From positions 4,774,001-4,838,000 of the forward strand of contig NC_092671.1 of assembly GCF_964355755.1 (NCBI RefSeq): a stretch of 64,000 nt of DNA, given 5' to 3'. The notes under the pieces were generated by a model. That model did no database searches, was not told the origin of the DNA, and saw nothing but the letters and a program-made list of their open reading frames with translations. Each line of letters starts with the position of its first letter. Positions within the stretch are counted from its first letter, which is position 1. Below, one piece after another: positions 1 through 12,400 of this stretch. The stretch is from Antedon mediterranea. Lineage: Eukaryota; Animalia; Echinodermata. Position numbers and translations under genes: made by a program.

Positions 1-1379
1 TTGCTTATAATAATGCTAGAAAGTATTGTTGACCCCCGAACATTCAAACATTTTGAGAATGCTAGAAGTAATTTACTGTAGTTACCCGAATAAAAGCCTC
101 GGGTATTTATTTATTCAGGGAAGGCGTTTATTTTGTTGGGTGTAATAATGGTAACATGTATAATCAAATATACACCCCAGATATATATATATATAAAATT
201 ATATATATAATAAGAATAATAACGGGATTAAACCTCATTCTATCCTGGTGGAAGTACAATCATGTAATAAAAGGTATCGGAGACCACAATAATAGATCAA
301 GTCATTGTCATTATTACGTATTACACTGTTGCATAATAGTTTTGAATGTCAACGACAAAACTTACACATATACACGTCTGTTCCCAGTGTAGATAATAAA
401 ACAATATATATTTCTGGAGATTTATTATCAATACCACTAGAAACGTTGACATGTTTTAGGTACTGAATGCATTGACAATAAAAGCATCAGAAGTTTATCA
501 TAATAAAATCATACTACCACACTGTACTACAGTACACAAGGGTGTTTTCAGGAAAGCTGGACATATCGTACAATAGTAATGAAACTATGTATTGGCATTT
601 AAAACTATGCAAAAGATTGTTGTCAAATTGTAGTTACAAACAAATAGATGATAGAATGAAGATCCATTATGAGTGCAATCGTGTCAGGATAATGATGTGT
701 CATTGTTTTACTGGCACCTGGAGGAGAAGATCCATTTAATGGAATCAGATGGAATCTATCACTTCTATTTTAAAAGACAGAAACATTTCGTTAAAAAGCA
801 TAAAGAGGAAAACGAATCATGTAAAGTACCTTTTATCAGTTGAGAAACGAAATACAATTATTAAAATTAGAGTATTCCTTCAAATAAACACCACCATTCC
901 CTCCAATAGAACACCACGTGGAATAAACGCCCCGCCACATGCATTTACACAATAATTGTATCACGTCAACACATTTCATTAACTACCATAATCTACAATT
1001 TACCAAGCATTTTGACATAATTTTATCACTTTTTGATATTAATTGTGCAGTATTTTTTTACATCTAGGTGGTATTTATTTGATTATACATGTTACCATAT
1101 TATACCCCAAATAAAGATGCCTCCTTTCCCCCTAAAAACCCTTTTGAACAATAAATGCCTGGGGCGTTTAATTGGATACATATGGCAAGTTACTTCTAGC
1201 ATTCTGAAAAGAACTGCTGAGCTTAACGTTTCTATCAAAATGTCCTCGGGGACAGCAATAACTAGTACTTGAAATTAAAACAATTTAAAGTATCAGTTAT
1301 TGCATAACATTACTGTCTAAGGATAAGTTGTGTAGATATGTTTTTTGTTTGAAACATTGGTAATAGTATTTCTGTTCAT

Positions 1380-2045
1380 CTTTTAACCACATTTTCTATT
1401 ACATTGAATGTAAATATGTATATTTTGAACAATTTGATACCAAATTTAAGTTTCTACGACCTGTACTTACAGAGATATGAAGATGCCCTGGTATGTGGGT
1501 CAAAGGTCAGAAATGGCATTTCTGATCATTTTTGACTAAAATGCCCCATTAGATGGAATAGAAATGCATGCCTTCTGAACATTTTGAGACCAACATTGAC
1601 GTGCTGCAACCAGTGGTTGCCGAGATACAAGTACCTTTTTTTATTTGTTCAAATAACCCTTGACCTTGACCCTTTGACCTTTTGTAACATTTTTCAAAAT
1701 GTGTAACAAATAACAAAACATATATTTCGAACAATTTAAAACAAAAATCAAGTGTCTACGACCAGTAGTTACGGAGATACATACATGCCCTGGGTTGTGG
1801 GTCAAAGGTCATAAATGGCATTTCCGGTCATTTTTTAATAAAATGTCCCATTAGACTGAATATAAATGTATACCTTCTGATTAATTTAAGACCAAAATTA
1901 CCTCGTTGTGACCAGTGGTTGTTGAGATTTAAGGACATATTTGTGTTTGGTCTTATGACCTTTCACCTTGACCTTTTGACCTTTCGCCACATTTTCAAAA
2001 TGTGTAACCAAGCCAAATATGATTGTTTGACCACCCTAAACCAAT
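1380..2045. repeat. Degenerate ~300-bp tandem duplication, probably the interior of an old interspersed repeat
   Basis: CTACGACC...ATGCCCTGG...GTGGGTCAAAGGTCA...CCCATTAGA...CCAGTGGTTG recurs at ~1454 and ~1756; GACCTTGACC motifs present. Boundaries approximate. Confidence 0.6.
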
Positions 2046-3493
2046 TTCTGAAGTCAAATTCTCTGGACCTCAAAGTGCATACGAAAGTTAATCTAGCTAC
2101 TAGAGTATTAAACAAAATGGAATTTACTGGTATTTGGAAATCACATTTTCTACATTCTAATGTATTCATAGTTCACCAATATGGTATATGGAATCATTTT
2201 ATTAAAGAAATTTATTAGAATGGCATTTTCTATTTTAACTGTTAAATAATGCTTAAACAGTATATACTGTATTTCTACTACACCTACTGAACCTCTCAAC
2301 AAACAGGGTTTCCATCACAATGACTGCAAGATCTTCCAGTCCTCAAAAAGAATCTCTAGTTCAATCAACTAAAATGGCACTGGTTAAAGATGGAACTTCC
2401 ACTGTGAGTTAAATGTTTACACATATGATTCGATTTAAACATGATCTACAACATACTCAACATGTAGAATATCATCAAACATCCACATATTTTAAAATAA
2501 ATATGCTGTATACAAGCACCTATATTTCCAGCGGTATTGCAATAAATAAAAACAATTTGCTGAATACTTATGTTCACATGAATGTAGATAACACTGAATC
2601 TGAAAGTAAAGTCTGAATACTAGAGGTACAGTACATGTATTGCACTTTAGATACAACAGTAAATTTCAAAACTATTTCATAAGAATTTCTGCATAAAACA
2701 TTACATATACCAGTAATATCTTTTTTTCACAGATGTTAAATCTTGTTAACAATGGAGAAGTTATTGTATAGAAGAAACAACAATACTTCCAAGTTCCTTG
2801 ATAGTTTAAACTGGCTTTTCTTTCATGTTGAATTTGAACTTTTTTCAAATTAGAACAAGGTAACTCAAAAGTAAATTCTTCAATAAAGTGGAAAGCTGAA
2901 AAGTTATACAATGGTACTTTCAATTTGAACTTTAGCTAAAGATTTGATTTCCAGTTAAGTTAACCAGGATAGCTCAAAAGCAGTAAAGTACTTCTTTGAA
3001 GTAATACTGGAAGCTGAAAAGTTATACAGTAGTACGGTACTTCCAAATGAAACTTTAGCTTATGATTTGATTTTTTCCAAGTTCAACAAGGCGGCTCAAA
3101 AGCTATGCAGAATTTCTTCCAAAAAAAACTGGATAGCATAAGATTTTCTTTGTTCCAAATTAAGCAAAATGGCTCAAAAACTATTTCTTCCAAGTTGAAC
3201 TGCATAACTTAAAAGCTCTATGACTTTTGCAAGTAGAAGCATACTTGAAAGTTAAAAGTCTTTTTACAAACTGCTACAACAAAGATTTCTTTCCATTTTA
3301 AATTAAAAAGAGATTCAGTGAAGAAAAAACAAATTCTCTTAAAATTACATAGATTGATTATTGAGCAAAATAATCACGAAATTATTATTCAGCCTAGTAT
3401 TCAAGGTCTGTGAAATTGGATAAACGTTGAAGAAGACTGTTCTATTTGGTCCTTGTAACCATAAAAGTCATTTGGTCCTTAAAAGTGACAGTT

Positions 3494-6400
3494 TTATGTC
3501 TGCGTTTCTTCAGTCACGACATCCGATTCTGGTGTTGGCAGATCAAACACAATCGGTGCGTTTACTGGTGCGTACCTCAACGTACATGTACATGCATTAA
3601 TATATGTTGTTACACCATCGGTTGTCATTCCGTATGATTCATGGATATGGCCGAATACGTGGTATTTTGGTTTTATTCTTTTTTGTACAGTATTTAAAAG
3701 CTCAACACAGCCTGTACGGTTATTCCCACTTGTTACGTCACCATGCCCTCAAAAGAAAAAATTTTAATTGATTTCAATAATCCAATATTACATATTTACA
3801 TCTATAATAATAAATGCATCTATTCCACATAGGCCCTACAAAAAAATGTTGTTTAAAACATACAGCGAACTATTTTGTGGTTTGGAGCCTTTCTAATGAT
3901 TTACACTTGATTCAGGTATATAAAATATACCAAATTGGCTAGTTGAGAATTCTCAACTATTACCGCAGTACGCCCAGCGTTGCCAGCGATAAAATTTAAA
4001 TTATGCCGTATCCTGTCTCAAATAATGCCAGATTGGGAAAAATAATGCCAGATCCCCAAAATGTGGCCCTAAACAGCGCCACCAACGGTTGTATGTCTAA
4101 TAAACGTTTGTAAAACCCCAACTGACACAAAATAGGGCCTAAAATTGTATCCCCATGTCCTACAAAATTTATATTTTTAGTTTTGTGAGTAATAACTAAT
4201 AATTCTCAATATCTGGGGTGCGAAAATGGTAATTGCAAATGACACCAACACCAACCCCCACCCCCTCCCCCCATCCAAAAAAAAAAAACCTGTTACAGCC
4301 ATGGAAATTTATAATTTTTGAGCTGAAATATGCAATAGGGTTGGTGAAATTCAGTCCAAAATACGCAGAATTTTTTCCAAAATACGTCAAGTTGAGGGCG
4401 CTATACTAATCCAAAATACGCGAGTCTTTCCAAAATACGTCGACTTGGGGGCGCTATTCATTTTCCAAAATACGCGAATTGTCCAAAATACGTCAAGTTG
4501 AGGGCGCTAGTCATTTTCCAAAATACGCAATTTGTCCAAAATACGTCAATTTGGAACCGCTTGTAATTTTCCAAAATACGTCAACTTGAGAGCGCTATTC
4601 ATTTTCCAAAATACGCAATTTAAATAACTCCTTTACTTCTTCTAACCAATTAATTATTGATATTATTTTAATCACAATACCATATGCTTTTTATTATTAT
4701 ATATTATATGAAATAATTATTATGTTAGATTTCAGATTAGGTAACTTATTAGACCATAAGTACTGTACATTAAATTGAAAGCGATGTTTGTCTGTCGAGC
4801 TCGGGAAAAATATTGATTTTGTAGATCACCAAATATATAACACATACCTATGACTATACTTAAATACTATATACGTACATGCTGGTTTTGTAGCCGGTTT
4901 ATGCCGTACATCGTTCAGACATTATTAACGTATATTATAGGCACTGTCTATTGACTGATGTTGGCACATATTTGTTGTTTTTCAGTAATAAATGATTACA
5001 TTGAAAAATAATAATTGGCTACTCTACGACATTTTATTTACAAAAAATTCTGCCTTCTAATACTTTCATTTATAACTAAAATGTACTTGTTTGTTTTATT
5101 CCAAGAAACTTTTTTTGAATACATTAAACTGTAATTTTACCTTACACTCTCAATATGATACATTTGGAAAGGCTCTCGTATTTTGGAAAAAAAGTTTGCC
5201 GCCCTCAAGTTGACGTATTTTTGAAAATTACTAGCGGTCCCAAATTGCAAATTGACGTATTTTGGACAAATCGCGTATTTTGGAAATAAATAGCGCCCTC
5301 AATTTGACGTATTTTGGACAATTCACGTATTTTGGAAAATGAATAGCGCCCTCAAGTCGACGTATTTTGGAAAGACTCGCGTATTTTGGATTAGTATAGC
5401 GCCCTCAACATTGACGTATTTTGGAAAAAATTCTGCGTATTTTGGACTGATGTTCACCAACCCGACTCGAAATATGAGAGCTGCTCGATGGCCGGGATCT
5501 TTGCACTTAATTTCAAATCTGAAAGGATCTTAGCCCACCATAATTCGAAAATGGCAATTATAATTTAAAATAGGAAATCAAAATATATATCAATTGTGTC
5601 TCCAGGACCTCAACCCCACCATGGTTGGGGCTGAGGTAAGAACATTTGAAAAATATAGAGCTGCTCAATGGCCGGAAATGGCACTTAATTTCAAATATTA
5701 AATAAAAATATATTTATTAGAGTACCTCCAGGATCTTAGCCCATGATAGTTTTGAAAGTGCCAATTATATTTTAAAATAGGAAATAAAAATATATATTAA
5801 GTGTTTCCAGGACCTCAGCCCCACCATGGTTGGGGCTGAGGTAAAACAAATTGGAAAAATAGAGCTGCTAGATGGCCGGAAATTGCACTTAATTTTAAAT
5901 AACAATGTATAAGAGTCCCTAGGACCTCGCCCCATCATGGTCACTGAGAGGTGAAGAACATTTGGAAATATAGGGTTGCTACGAAGATGCAAATGGAACA
6001 TAATTTGAAATATGGAAAACAAATTCTCTAGAAGAAATTCTTTTTAAAATTAGAGCTTCTAGTTACCGGAAATTGCCATTTTAAGGGTTGGGGTAGAGGT
6101 GTGGCCGCTTATAATTATGAACTGAAAAAACAAAACCCCTTTCATAATGTTTTCGTTCAATTGTCTCTATATCTGGGGATCCAATAACCTGCATGGTCTC
6201 TGAAATAGAGCAACATAATTGGCCAATAGCTAGCCTCTTCGGATTTGTTGTGCTGCCTATATCGCACACACGGTAGTTTTCGAGCAGCCTTCCTATCCGA
6301 AGAGTCGATTAAGTCCGAAACGAAAGGATGGAAGAACTATTGTACGGAAAACCCGAACAGATCTGTTTTGTACGATATGATATTGTGTAAGGTGATTTTT

Positions 6401-9400
6401 GTTCTGTGGTATATTATTTTTTTGGTTGTTCAAAAAACACAAAATTATGCCAGATTATGCTAAAAACGGCTAAATAATGCCGCGGCATTATGCCAGATGC
6501 CGTGGGCCTCCAAATAATGCCAAAAAGCATAATAATGCCAGAAATGGCAACTATGAGTACGCCTGTAACGACGAAGCCTACCGGTATAATGGGATAGGCT
6601 GATTTCCTTGTTAACTTAAGGGGTAATTTAATTACTGAATTATGATTGGTAGTAAAGGAAATTTACTGGAATCCTATTGGATGGTAAGGTGGTAGTAGGA
6701 CCATGTCCATCCCATTGCAGTAATAAAGTTGAGCCACCTGCGACCATTACAATGTCCTACCATGCTAATGTAGGAGTGGGGAAATGTTATGCTTACTACT
6801 GTTTCTTTTAATAATTTAGTACAATTAATAAGAATAAAGAATACACTTAACAATATACAACAAATAACATTAATGTACGATGTAGTTTAACACTGTTCTA
6901 AACTATAGTCATTTTGGTATACTTGAGCACATTGATAAAGAATAGGATAAACTTAACAATATACAACAAATAACATTAATGTACGATCCCGTTTAACACT
7001 GTTCTCAACTATAGTCATTTTGGTATACTTGAGCACAGTGATAAAGAATAGGATAAACTTAACAATATACAACAACAATGTACGATCCCGCTTAACACTG
7101 TTCTCAACTATAGTCATTTTGGTATACTTGAGCACAGTGATAAAGAATAGGATAAACTTAACAATATACAACAAAAAACATTAATGTACGATCCAGTTTA
7201 ACACTGTTCTCAACTATAGTCATTTTGGTATACTTGAGAACAGTTATAAAGAATAGGATAAACTTAACAATATACAACAAAAAACATCAATGTACGATCC
7301 CGTTTAACACTGTTCTAAACTATAGTCATTTTGGTATACTTGAGCACAGTGATAAAGAATAGGATAAACTTAGCAATATACAACAAAAAACATTAATGTA
7401 CGATCCAGTTTAACACTGTTCTCAACTATAGTCATTTTGGTATACTTGAGAACAGTGATAAAGAATATGATAAACTTAACAATATACAACAACAATGTAC
7501 GATCCCGCTTAACACTGTTCTCAACTATAGTCATTTTGGTATACTTGAGCACAGTGATAAAGAATAGGATAAACTTAACAATATACAACAAAAAACATTA
7601 ATGTACGATCCAGTTTAACACTGTTCTCAACTATAGTCATTTTGGTATACTTGAGAACAGTTATAAAGAATAGGATAAACTTAACAATATACAACAAAAA
7701 ACATCAATGTACGATCCCGTTTAACACTGTTCTAAACTATAGTCATTTTGGTATACTTGAGCACAGTGATAAAGAATAGGATAAACTTAGCAATATACAA
7801 CAAAAAACATTAATGTACGATCCAGTTTAACACTGTTCTCAACTATAGTCATTTTGGTATACTTGAGAACAGTGATAAAGAATATGATAAACTTAACAAT
7901 ATACAACAAAAAACATTAATGTACGATCCCGTTTAACACTGTTCTCAACTATAGTCATTTTGGTATACTTGAGCACAGTGATAAAGAATAGGATAAACTT
8001 AATAATATACAACAAATAACATTAATGTACGATCCAGTTTAACACTGTTCTCAACTAAAGTTATTTTGGTATACTTGAGAACAGTGATAAAGAATAGGAT
8101 AAACTTAACAATATACAACAAAAAACATTAATGTACGATCCAGTTTAACACTGTTCTCAACTATAGTCATTTTGGTATACTTGAGAACAGTGATAAAGAA
8201 TAGGATAAACTTAACAATATACAACAAAAAACATTAATGTACGATCCCGTTTAACACTGTTCTCAACTATAGTCATTTTGGTATACTTGAGCACAGTGAT
8301 AAAGAATAGGATAAACTTAATAATATACAACAAAAAACATTAATGTACGATCCAGTTTAACACTGTTCTCAACTATAGTTATTTTGGTATACTTGAGAAC
8401 AGTGATAAAGAATAGGATAAACTTAACAATATACAACAAAAAACATTAATGTACGATCCAGTTTAACACTGTTCTCAACTATAGTCATTTTGGTATACTT
8501 GAGCACAGTGATAAAGAATAGGATAAACTTAAAAATATACAACAAAAAACATTAATGTACGATCCAGTTTAACACTGTTCTCAACTAAAGTTATTTTGGT
8601 ATACTTGAGAACAGTGATAAAGAATAGGATAAACTTAACAATATACAACAAAAAACATTAATGTACGATCCAGTTTAACACTGTTCTCAACTATAGTCAT
8701 TTTGGTATACTTGAGAACAGTGATAAAGAATAGGATAAACTTAACAATATACAACAAAAAACATTAATGTACGATCCCGTTTAACACTGTTCTCAACTAT
8801 AGTCATTTTGGTATACTTGAGCACAGTGATAAAGAATAGGATAAACTTAATAATATACAACAAATAACATTAATGTACGATCCAGTTTACCACTGTTCTC
8901 AACTATAGTCATTTTGGTATACTTGAGCACAGTGATAAAGAATAGGATAAACTTAAAAATATACAACAAAAAACATTAATGTACGATCCAGTTTAACACT
9001 GTTCTCAACTATAGTCATTTTGGTATACTTGAGCACAGTGATAAAGAATAGGATAAACTTAAAAATATACAACAAAAAACATTAATGTACGATCCAGTTT
9101 AACACTGTTCTCAACTATAGTTATTTTGGTATACTTGAGAACAGTGATAAAGAATAGGATAAACTTAACAATATACAACAAAAAACATTAATGTACGATC
9201 CAGTTTAACACTGTTCTCAACTATAGTCATTTTGGTATACTTGAGAACAGTGATAAAGAATAGGATAAACTTAACAATATACAACAAAAAACGTACATTA
9301 ATGTACGATCCCGTTTAACACTGTTCTCAACTATAGTCATTTTGGTATACTTGAGCACAGTGATAAAGAATAGGATAAACTTAACAATATACAACAAAAA

Positions 9401-12400
9401 ACATTAATGTACGATCCCGTTTAACACTGTTCTCAACTATAGTCATTTTGGTATACTTGAGCACAGTGATAAAGAATAGGATAAACTTAATAATATACAA
9501 CAAATAACATTAATGTACGATCCCGTTTACCACTGTTCTCAACTATAGTCATTTTGGTATAACTTGAGCACAGTGATAAAGAATAGGATAAACTTAACAA
9601 TATACAACAAAAAACATTAATGTACGATCCCGTTTACCACTGTTCTCAACTATAGTCATTTTGGTATACTTGAGCACAATATACAACAAATAACATTAAT
9701 GTACACGATTCTGTTTAACACTGTTCTCAACTATAGTCATTTTCATATACTTGAGCACAGTGATAATATGAAAAACATAATAACACTATAATATTTGTAG
9801 ATGAATGACGCGGACACGTACATATGTTCATAAGTAATTGATATAAATTGACTTTTAAAAGTGGAATTAACACAAATGATTGTAGATAAATATGACGTGA
9901 ATTGCACGTACATAATGTTGATGAGTAGTATATTTATATAAATCGACTTTGAAAAGTGAAATAACACTAATATTTGTAGATGAATATGACGTGGACACGT
10001 ACATATATTGATTAGTATATTGATATAAATCGACTTTTAAAAGTCAAATTAACACTAATATTTGTAGATGAATATGACTTGGACACGATTTACATATGTT
10101 GATGAGTATATTGATATAAATCGACTTTTAAAAGTGAAATAACACTAATATTTGTAGATGAATATGACGTGGACACGTACGGTACATAATGTTGATGAGT
10201 ATATTGATATAAATCGACTTTTAAAAGTGAAATAACACTATTGATTGCAGATGAATATGACGTGGACAAGTACATTTATTGATGAGTATATTGATATAAA
10301 TCGACTTTTAAAGTGAAATAACACTATTAGTTGTACACTATTGATCATATATGAATATGACGTGAATTGCACGTACATATGTTGATGCGTAGGCCTATAT
10401 TGATATAATTGACTTCGAAAAGTGAAATAACACTGATTTGTAAATGAATATGACGTGGACAAGTACATTTATTGATGAGTATATTGATAAATCGACTTTT
10501 AAAAGTGAAATAACACTAATATTTATAGATGAATATGACGTGGACACGTACATATGTTGATGAGTATATTGATATAAATCGACTTTTAAAAGAGGAATTA
10601 ACACTATTGATTGTAGACGTGAATTGCACGTACATATGTTGATGAGTGTATTGATATAAATCGACTAAACGGTAAATAACACTATCTTGTACAAGTACCC
10701 TCACTTGCACTGATGAAGGGCTAGTGTTGCCCGAAAACTCTGCTAACTTTTCTGGCTGTTTTACTTTATCGTTTTGATTTAGCTTTTCGCTTCTTTTTTT
10801 TGTATCTCCATTGAGACCACAGCATTGTTATTATTTCAGTATTTTGCCTTTGGATTTACTAATATTAAAAGTGAAATAACACTAATGACTGTAGATGATA
10901 TGACATTTATGTTGATGTATATATTTTTGTATATATAATATGCACACGTACATACGTTGATAGGTATTGATATAAATAGATTTTTAAAAGTACGGTAATA
11001 GACACTTTATTTGTAGATGAATACGACATGGACAAGTTGCAATAAATTCTATCGTTATATCGTATGTTGATGAGTATTGATATAAATCGACTTTTTTAAA
11101 GTGGAATAACACTAAAATGTATAGATGGATATGGCCTCAACAAGTATTGTATTAAGCGGTACTGTATATTGATAGACTTCATACCTGTAATGTCAATGGA
11201 ATCTGGCAACAAGAATTGTGTTTGATCCTCCTAATAGTATTCTAATAATCTTGGTTTGTAAAGGAGGCATGAAAAATCTAAACGCATAGCCAGGGGAGGG
11301 GTTGGAGTTTCGAACAAACTTCCCTGTGCCCGTCCTACGGTTTTTGTGAACTTTTTAGTTGCGTGCAAACGCGACTCTACAGCTCACTATGTCGATCGGT
11401 CGGTCGGTAAACACCAACTCAAATTTGAGCACGCGACTGCAGCCATGTATAGGCCTATGGCCTGTTTATACTAGAAATCAGCAGTGAAAGTATATGTAAA
11501 TAATATGTGTTAATATAGAATTAGTTTTTTTTATTTAATAAATAGTATTAAAGTTGATCTTATTCTTTATCTGTGATTAATTATACTCAAATGACTATAG
11601 TTTAAAACAGTATTAAACGGCATCTTACATTAATGTTATTTGCTGTTTATTCGAAGTTTATCCTATTCTTTATCACTGTGCTCAAATATACCAAAATTAC
11701 TATAGTTGAGAACAGTGTTAAACTGGATCGTACATTAATGTTATTTGTTGTATATTGTTAAGTTTATCCTATTCTTTATCACTGTGCTCAAGTATACCAA
11801 AATGACTATAGTTGAGAACAGTGTTAAACTGGATCGTACATTAATGTTTTTTGTTGTATATTTTTAAGTTTATCCTATTCTTTATCACTGTGCTCAAGTA
11901 TACCAAAATGACTATAGTTGAGAACAGTGTTAAACTGGATCGTACATTAATGTTATTTGTTGTATATTATTAAGTTTATCCTATTCTTTATCACTGTGCT
12001 CAAGTATACCAAAATGACTATAGTTGAGAACAGTGTTAAACGGGATCGTACATTAATGTTATTTGTTGTATATTGTTAAGTTTATCCTATTCTTTATCAC
12101 TGTGCTCAAGTATACCAAAATGACTATAGTTGAGAACAGTGTTAAACGGGATCATACATTAATGCTATTTGTTGTATATTATTAAGTTTATCCTATTCTT
12201 TATCACTGTGCTCAAGTATACCAAAATGACTATAGTCGAGAACAGTGTTAAACAGGATCATACATTAATGTTATTTGTTGTATATTGTTAAGTTTATCCT
12301 ATTCTTTATCACTGTGCTCAAGTATACCAAAATGACTATAGTCGAGAACAGTGTTAAACGGGATCATACATTAATGTTATTTGTTGTATATTATTAAGTT

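Larger units (their letters stand above)
3975..6555. mobile_element. Non-autonomous hAT-type DNA transposon
   Basis: 8-bp TSD AGTACGCC (3967-3974 and 6556-6563); short TIRs CAGCGTTGCCA / TGGCAACTATG; clusters of AATAATGCCA motifs near both ends. Confidence 0.8.

Noticed and set aside
156-3400. Short ORFs at the window start
   Set aside because: No recognisable domains or exon structure; probably MPPED 3' UTR or intergenic sequence with repeat fragments.
6953-7591. Repeated 73-aa ORFs (MLYIVKFILFF...)
   Set aside because: Chance read-through of satellite monomers made possible by the 99-bp variant.
9743-10710. Short ORFs with repeated LLKVDLYQYTHQH
   Set aside because: Translations of the 87-bp satellite.
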